Source: an uncultured virus (IMG/VR IMGVR_UViG_3300042462_000205) (Duplodnaviria > Heunggongvirae > Uroviricota > Caudoviricetes). From it: a stretch of DNA of 20,000 nt. The stretch lies in the IMG/VR virus record IMGVR_UViG_3300042462_000205; one strand, 5' to 3'. The translations under genes were made by a program, and so were the position numbers. Positions 15,746 through 20,000 of this stretch are shown here, one piece after another. How positions within the stretch are numbered: the first letter of the stretch is position 1; the number at the start of each line of letters is the position of its first letter. The notes under the pieces were generated by a model that saw only the letters and a list, made by a program, of their open reading frames with translations, did no database searches and had not been told where the DNA came from.

Positions 15746-16905
15746 TATCGCAATACCTTTGTCAACCCCACTCGCAGTGCTGTAAAATATTCATCATCTG
15801 CGATAAGTGGTGGTATTAGTTTAATTGAATTAATGCCTATATTTGTACCTGCTAATTTACCAATAGAAGATAAGTCTGCAATGGAAACATCGAAGTCGGT
15901 GTCATAGCACATAATTAAATTTTCGCCACGCCAATTTAAATTAAATTCATCTGCTATATTGCACAGTTCATTATGTATAATAGGCACACGATGCAATAAT
16001 GATTGAATTTTTTTAGTTGCAGTGAGTGCGGCACTTACTCCTTGCATGTTTGGCGCCCACGTGTGGCCGTGTCCCCAACTATGCAGGGTTAATATATCAT
16101 TAACTTTTTGGTTACACACAGCGGCACCTAAGGGAGAATATCCTCCAGTTAACGCTTTGCTTATAGCTGATATGTCTGGTTGTATTTTATAAGGTTCCCA
16201 GCCAAACAATGTGCCATTTTTGCCCCAACATACAGCAACATCGTCAACAATCATTAGAATACCAAATTCGTCACACAAACTACGTATAGTTTGCCACCAA
16301 TTGATACTATATGGTGTTAGTGTGTTCATCCAAGGAATAGTTTCCATTAAGATACACCCTATACCTTTGTATGATTCTAATTTATGTCTAACTTCAGCAA
16401 GTATTGTTTGTTCATTTTCTTCTTGCTCACTAAGTAATTTCCAATTTGTTGCAGTTATACAAACAGCACGTCGTATGTATTGATATTCGCCTCTAAGATG
16501 CTTGCCTAACATTGTTGTTCCGTGATAGCCCGGCGAAAAACATAAAATCTTAGGTTTGTCTTGTCCTAAATTATGCCAGTAGGTATCATTCATGGCAATA
16601 GCCGCTTCCACTGCATCGGACCCACTAACAGCCCATGCAACCGCAGACCAATTACCCTGTTTGCATATTAGGTCGACCAATTCGTTGTTATCTGCAGAAC
16701 TTTCGCCACTGTTACCACGTAAAAACTGCACTGGTGTATTGCGCATACTATCAAGTATGTCAGTATCATTGTAGCCAAGAACAAATGCTGAATTACCGGA
16801 ATGTATATCTAAATGGCGTTCACCATTAGCATAGTTGATCCAATAACGATCTGTGCTGGTTACAATTTTACTTGGCTCGCCGGGAGACCATTGATTTAAT
16901 TCCAT
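15745..16905 (-). CDS. Class III PLP-dependent aminotransferase (BioA/ornithine aminotransferase superfamily)
   Basis: SGSDAVEAA, YHGTT, IVDDVAVCWGKNG, PDISAISKALTGGYSPLGA (PLP lysine) and HGHT. Confidence 0.92.
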   Translation of the reverse strand: MELNQWSPGEPSKIVTSTDRYWINYANGERHLDIHSGNSAFVLGYNDTDILDSMRNTPVQFLRGNSGESSADNNELVDLICKQGNWSAVAWAVSGSDAVEAAIAMNDTYWHNLGQDKPKILCFSPGYHGTTMLGKHLRGEYQYIRRAVCITATNWKLLSEQEENEQTILAEVRHKLESYKGIGCILMETIPWMNTLTPYSINWWQTIRSLCDEFGILMIVDDVAVCWGKNGTLFGWEPYKIQPDISAISKALTGGYSPLGAAVCNQKVNDILTLHSWGHGHTWAPNMQGVSAALTATKKIQSLLHRVPIIHNELCNIADEFNLNWRGENLIMCYDTDFDVSIADLSSIGKLAGTNIGINSIKLIPPLIADDEYFTALRVGLTKVLR

Positions 16906-16927
16906 TGGGTTAGTTCCATGTATACAT

Positions 16928-16935
16928 TATTTACT
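16928..16935 (-). promoter_or_regulatory. Late promoter candidate (AGTAAATA)
   Basis: TAAATA core on the - strand in the gap before the aminotransferase. Confidence 0.5.
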
Positions 16936-16939
16936 AAGG

Positions 16940-16954
16940 TCATGCCCACCTCAA
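16940..16954 (-). repeat. 15-bp repeat TTGAGGTGGGCATGA, copy 1
   Basis: Identical to 18491-18505; encodes L-R-W-A-stop. Confidence 0.9.
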
Positions 16955-17176
16955 CACAAATAAAGTTAATTGTTCGTCAGTTTCAAATTCTAAAGTCATA
17001 CCCTGTTGGTGTAACCTACCTCTAGGTAAGTTTTCATCCATCCATGTGTAGATTTCTGGTTCATGCTTTAGCCAATAACTAATATCAGCAATGACAAGAT
17101 AGTGCCATGGCATTTCATCATCAAATGGACCTGAGGCTATAAACTTGCGACCATTTGCTCCATCTAATATACTCAC
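16940..17176 (-). CDS. Small protein, F-x-L-K/R-W family (…TLFVLRWA)
   Basis: Start revised to GTG 17176 (TAGTG overlap with the upstream stop), giving MSILDGANG... Confidence 0.8.
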   Translation of the reverse strand: MSILDGANGRKFIASGPFDDEMPWHYLVIADISYWLKHEPEIYTWMDENLPRGRLHQQGMTLEFETDEQLTLFVLRWA

Positions 17177-17379
17177 TATCCGCCCCACTTTAGCATGTAC
17201 ATAAGTTCCCACTGTTCATCTTCTATTTCTATAGTTCTTTCATTATTTCGATACCACCATCCTACACCGCCGGTCTGATTGTGTAGAACATACTTACGTG
17301 GTCCTACGTTTTTATCTAACCAATCTACACGGTCCTGTATGTCGCCATAACTTAAATGTCGAATGCTAATAATCTTCAT
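17176..17379 (-). CDS. Small protein, F-x-L-K/R-W family (…LMYMLKWGG)
   Basis: ATGA-coupled to the methyltransferase; WLDKNVG and C-terminal motifs. Confidence 0.8.
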   Translation of the reverse strand: MKIISIRHLSYGDIQDRVDWLDKNVGPRKYVLHNQTGGVGWWYRNNERTIEIEDEQWELMYMLKWGG

Positions 17380-18494
17380 CGTGTAAAAACGTAGACGCCC
17401 TCAAACTTTTCACGCCCAGCAGTCTTATCGTTGCCTACACCCGGACGAGTATTAAGCATCATCTTAATCGTACCCGAATGTTTAAAGCCTAACTTCTCAG
17501 CAGTAGCTATCCAACGTTCGCATACAAAATATTCTTTATTACCATATGACTTGTAGTCTGCAATGTTGGTAGCAAACACACCGTCTGGGTTTAGGCCTTT
17601 GTAGATGTTACGCATAGTGGGCACAACATAGCCCTCGAACCACTCATCTAAGGTAGTGTAGCGCACCATGCACTGTGTTGGTTCATCACTATATTTCTCT
17701 AAGTTAAAGTACGGTGGACTACTAAATGCCAAGTCAATATCTGTGGGTTCGTATTCTTCTGATACTGCCTGTGTGATTAAACCTCTGTTACCAACTGCTT
17801 GTTCTATCAGCTCACTCAAGTATGTTAAATGTCGAACTGTTTCTGTGTTAGGGTCAATACATTGGTAGTTATAACGCATGTTACTAGTGGTTATACCCAG
17901 CATGCGCCCACCATAGCCTGCGCTGTAATCGTAGACACTGCCCCAAAGCACAGGGCATAAGTGTTCAACTATAGCACGTGCATTAAGACTCTTAAAGTTT
18001 TGTACATTCTCGCCTGTGACTAACTCTAATGCACGACGTAGTGCTGTTGGACTAACTAGATTATTACCTTCTCTGTATTCAAAACATAAGTTGATAGCAC
18101 GACGTAATTTTGCATCATTTAAGAAGCGATCTTTAAGACTATTACTGCCACGACCTTTGGGTTCAGCAGTCATCATGTTAGGAAACAAAAATCTATTAAT
18201 ACCCTGTCCTTGATTGTTGCCTAAGTTAATAACATTATTCTTAACACTATTGGTCACAGTATTGGATAGGTCTTTAATAGCAGCGAGTAATCCTTCTTCT
18301 GTGTAGTAGACAATTGGCGTAATATTAATACTACGATAGATATCAAATACCTGTTGTACCGTTGCTTCTGGATCTTTAAGATACTGTTCTTTTGTGTAGG
18401 TGTCTAACTGATCCTGCACTGATTCATAGCAGGTAAACTGCGGTTGAGTTGCGTACTGCGCTACTCCCCACGTATTATGTAAATCTGTTATCAT
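17376..18494 (-). CDS. SAM-dependent amino-methyltransferase, probably a DNA N4-cytosine/N6-adenine MTase
   Basis: Motif I YDYSAGYGGR precedes catalytic FSSPPYFNLEKY. Start revised to ATG 18494 (ATGA overlap, SD GAGGTG). Confidence 0.85.
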   Translation of the reverse strand: MITDLHNTWGVAQYATQPQFTCYESVQDQLDTYTKEQYLKDPEATVQQVFDIYRSINITPIVYYTEEGLLAAIKDLSNTVTNSVKNNVINLGNNQGQGINRFLFPNMMTAEPKGRGSNSLKDRFLNDAKLRRAINLCFEYREGNNLVSPTALRRALELVTGENVQNFKSLNARAIVEHLCPVLWGSVYDYSAGYGGRMLGITTSNMRYNYQCIDPNTETVRHLTYLSELIEQAVGNRGLITQAVSEEYEPTDIDLAFSSPPYFNLEKYSDEPTQCMVRYTTLDEWFEGYVVPTMRNIYKGLNPDGVFATNIADYKSYGNKEYFVCERWIATAEKLGFKHSGTIKMMLNTRPGVGNDKTAGREKFEGVYVFTR

Positions 18495-18505
18495 GCCCAC
18501 CTCAA
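18491..18505 (-). repeat. 15-bp repeat TTGAGGTGGGCATGA, copy 2
   Basis: Identical to 16940-16954; supplies the SD and start codon for the methyltransferase. Confidence 0.9.
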
Positions 18506-18694
18506 AGCAAACATTGTAGCCTGCGCAGGATCTCTAAAATTAAATTCAATTGTACTCCACCTACTGTTAGCGTACCACTCACGCAGATCACTGGGTAATT
18601 TAAATGTGTCAACACACCATTTATATTCTGCAAGTTGAGTTAGGTCACTGTCAACTGCATATCGCTGTCTAGATAATTGTATACGTGTGTACAT
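18491..18694 (-). CDS. Small protein, F-x-L-K/R-W family (…TMFALRWA)
   Basis: Start revised to ATG 18694 (TAATG overlap); KWCVDTF and FRDPAQATMFALRW motifs. Confidence 0.8.
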   Translation of the reverse strand: MYTRIQLSRQRYAVDSDLTQLAEYKWCVDTFKLPSDLREWYANSRWSTIEFNFRDPAQATMFALRWA

Positions 18695-18921
18695 TATTCG
18701 TGCTTTAGATAAAAGTAAGTTATGTATTCTTCTGCTTCTTGTCGCCGACGCAGATCCCAATGCCAAGTATCGTAGCTCATACGGCGCACACCACGACGAT
18801 TATCAAGTTCATGAACCATATCATCAATAGTAGCACTCCAATTCAGCGCATTTTCAACGGTATCAGTATGTTCAACACTCATTACTAAATGCCCACCATC
18901 TTGTTCTAATAGGATTTTCAT
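18694..18921 (-). CDS. Small protein, F-x-L-K/R-W family, divergent member (…TYFYLKHE)
   Basis: First gene after the - strand promoter; leaderless. Confidence 0.75.
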   Translation of the reverse strand: MKILLEQDGGHLVMSVEHTDTVENALNWSATIDDMVHELDNRRGVRRMSYDTWHWDLRRRQEAEEYITYFYLKHE

Positions 18922-18927
18922 ACTGTT

Positions 18928-18956
18928 ATTATATACTCAGTTAATGAAAAAGTCAA
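18928..18956 (-). promoter_or_regulatory. Sigma70-type promoter TTGACT-N17-TATAAT
   Basis: Reverse complement of ATTATA (18928-18933) and AGTCAA (18951-18956); ATG is 6 nt downstream. Confidence 0.85.
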
Positions 18957-18969
18957 TGGAATATTTTGG

Positions 18970-18998
18970 TTGACTTTTTGATCTAATGGCTGTATAAT
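18970..18998 (+). promoter_or_regulatory. Early sigma70-type promoter TTGACT-N17-TATAAT
   Basis: Near consensus; the cassette is repeated 453 nt downstream. Confidence 0.88.
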
Positions 18999-19030
18999 AG
19001 CACTTATACACTAAAGCAATGGAGCACACA

Positions 19031-19426
19031 ATGACATATACATTTGATGAAAACTTAGTTAGCGACCTGCACAAAGATGCACGTGGTTCACGCCCAGATG
19101 AATACTTTTGGGAAGAATGGACCAACATTGATGCGGCTGGCAAACAGTCGATTTGGGAACATTTATTGGGTGAACTTGATGTTGCAGTCAAGGAAGAACA
19201 AACCCGTGAACAACAGGCAATTGATAGCTTTGAAAAACACGTTGTTTCATTGGAGTCAATTAGTAACTCACGCAAACAATCTATTAGATGGATTGTTGAA
19301 GGTTTGGCTCTTACGGATTCAGATAAAATGTATGGTGGCGATTATATCTGCTACAAGTTAGGTCTACCATACAGCTATGCTAAAGAATTTGATGAAGTAT
19401 TGCAGGAATTGGCACTTTTTGGTTGA
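19031..19426 (+). CDS. Conserved T4-like phage early hypothetical protein (SDLHKDA-x-G-x-RP)
   Basis: Start revised to ATG 19031, after SD GGAG at 19021. Confidence 0.8.
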   Translation: MTYTFDENLVSDLHKDARGSRPDEYFWEEWTNIDAAGKQSIWEHLLGELDVAVKEEQTREQQAIDSFEKHVVSLESISNSRKQSIRWIVEGLALTDSDKMYGGDYICYKLGLPYSYAKEFDEVLQELALFG

Positions 19427-19451
19427 CATTTTGGTAAAATGACTGTATAAT
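19423..19451 (+). promoter_or_regulatory. Early promoter, perfect TTGACA-N17-TATAAT
   Basis: Exact consensus; the -35 contains the upstream stop codon. Confidence 0.92.
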
Positions 19452-19484
19452 GCTATACATACACTAACAACACAGGAGCAATAA

Positions 19485-19757
19485 ATGAACGCTAAACAAA
19501 TTACTACTGCTTTAATCCAAGGTACTTTTACCAACGAAGAATTAGCCAGTATCGTTGATGCTGTTAAGTATGCTCGTTTGAACTTGGGCAAAGCAACTAA
19601 ACGTAGCTTGTCTGTTGGTGACAAAGTTCGTTTCGCTAGTTCACGTAGTGGCCAAACAATTACAGGCACGGTGCGTAAACTTGCTATTAAAAATATTGTT
19701 GTAGATACTCCACTAGGTGCGTATCGCGTACCAGCTAGTATGTTGGAGGCAGTATAA
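19485..19757 (+). CDS. Hypothetical protein with SH3/KOW-like C-terminal barrel
   Basis: SD AGGAG; VGDKVRF...GTV...IVV...YRVP pattern. Confidence 0.75.
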   Translation: MNAKQITTALIQGTFTNEELASIVDAVKYARLNLGKATKRSLSVGDKVRFASSRSGQTITGTVRKLAIKNIVVDTPLGAYRVPASMLEAV

Positions 19758-19957
19758 TGAACATTGACGATATGATTATTACTAATAATATCAGTCAAGC
19801 AATCTTTGATGCTGATATTGCAATTCAAGGTGAGGACACTGCTATTACCAACTGCATCAATTGGTTGGAAGAGTTTGAGTTTAATGATGTTGAATTAGAA
19901 ATGATGTCACAGGCTATTTTAGTAATTTTACGCGAACGCGATAACAAGGAGCAATAA
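19757..19957 (+). CDS. Acidic hypothetical protein
   Basis: TAATG coupling and SD GGAGG. Confidence 0.7.
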   Translation: MNIDDMIITNNISQAIFDADIAIQGEDTAITNCINWLEEFEFNDVELEMMSQAILVILRERDNKEQ

Positions 19958-19958
19958 A

Positions 19959-20000
19959 ATGGCAGGCAAAGCAACTTCGGTATACCTAACAGTATCAGTT
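19959..20000 (+). CDS. 3'-truncated gene (MAGKATSVYLTVSV…)
   Basis: SD AAGGAG then ATG 19959; the frame is open to the window end. Confidence 0.7.
   Translation, partial: MAGKATSVYLTVSV

Noticed and set aside
16211..19828. ORFs 16211-16483, 16592-16774, 16635-16829, 17668-17868, 18016-18213, 18937-19275, 19077-19361 and 19364-19828
   Set aside because: Antisense or alternate-frame shadows of better-supported genes; some run across promoters.
1..20000. Stop-codon reassignment, tRNA genes, or a complete DNA hypermodification cluster
   Set aside because: Known genes are full length in the standard code with all three stops used. No cloverleaf was seen in the short intergenic gaps, and no nucleotide kinase, thymidylate synthase homologue or base transferase was recognised.

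Overview
Bacteriophage DNA, most consistent with a large T4-like (gp55-type late promoter) tailed phage. The IscU and class Ia RNR look proteobacterial, which is only an inference about the host. + strand 1-15511: the 3' end of a conserved T4-like-phage protein; a late-promoter block of small proteins (two tandem paralogues, a holin-like membrane protein, putative head/internal proteins); an Fe-S module iscU-DUF1289-iscA flanked by two radical SAM enzymes (one twitch-type, one cobalamin-binding); a PD-(D/E)XK exonuclease; a tail-fibre-like protein; nrdA-nrdB-glutaredoxin; an Sm-like protein; and a large Ala/Gly/Ser-rich protein. - strand 15494-18921: five small paralogous genes ending in F/Y-x-L-K/R-W/Y/H, interleaved with a class III PLP aminotransferase and an SPPY amino-methyltransferase. 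After back-to-back sigma70-type promoters, + strand early hypothetical genes follow. Most notable: the small-gene family whose conserved 3' end doubles as a Shine-Dalgarno/ATGA coupling repeat, a radical SAM cassette bounded by an 11-bp direct repeat, widespread leaderless starts, and several RNA-structure control elements. No tRNA, rRNA, CRISPR array, transposase or intron was seen. All family calls come from motif recognition, not database searches.
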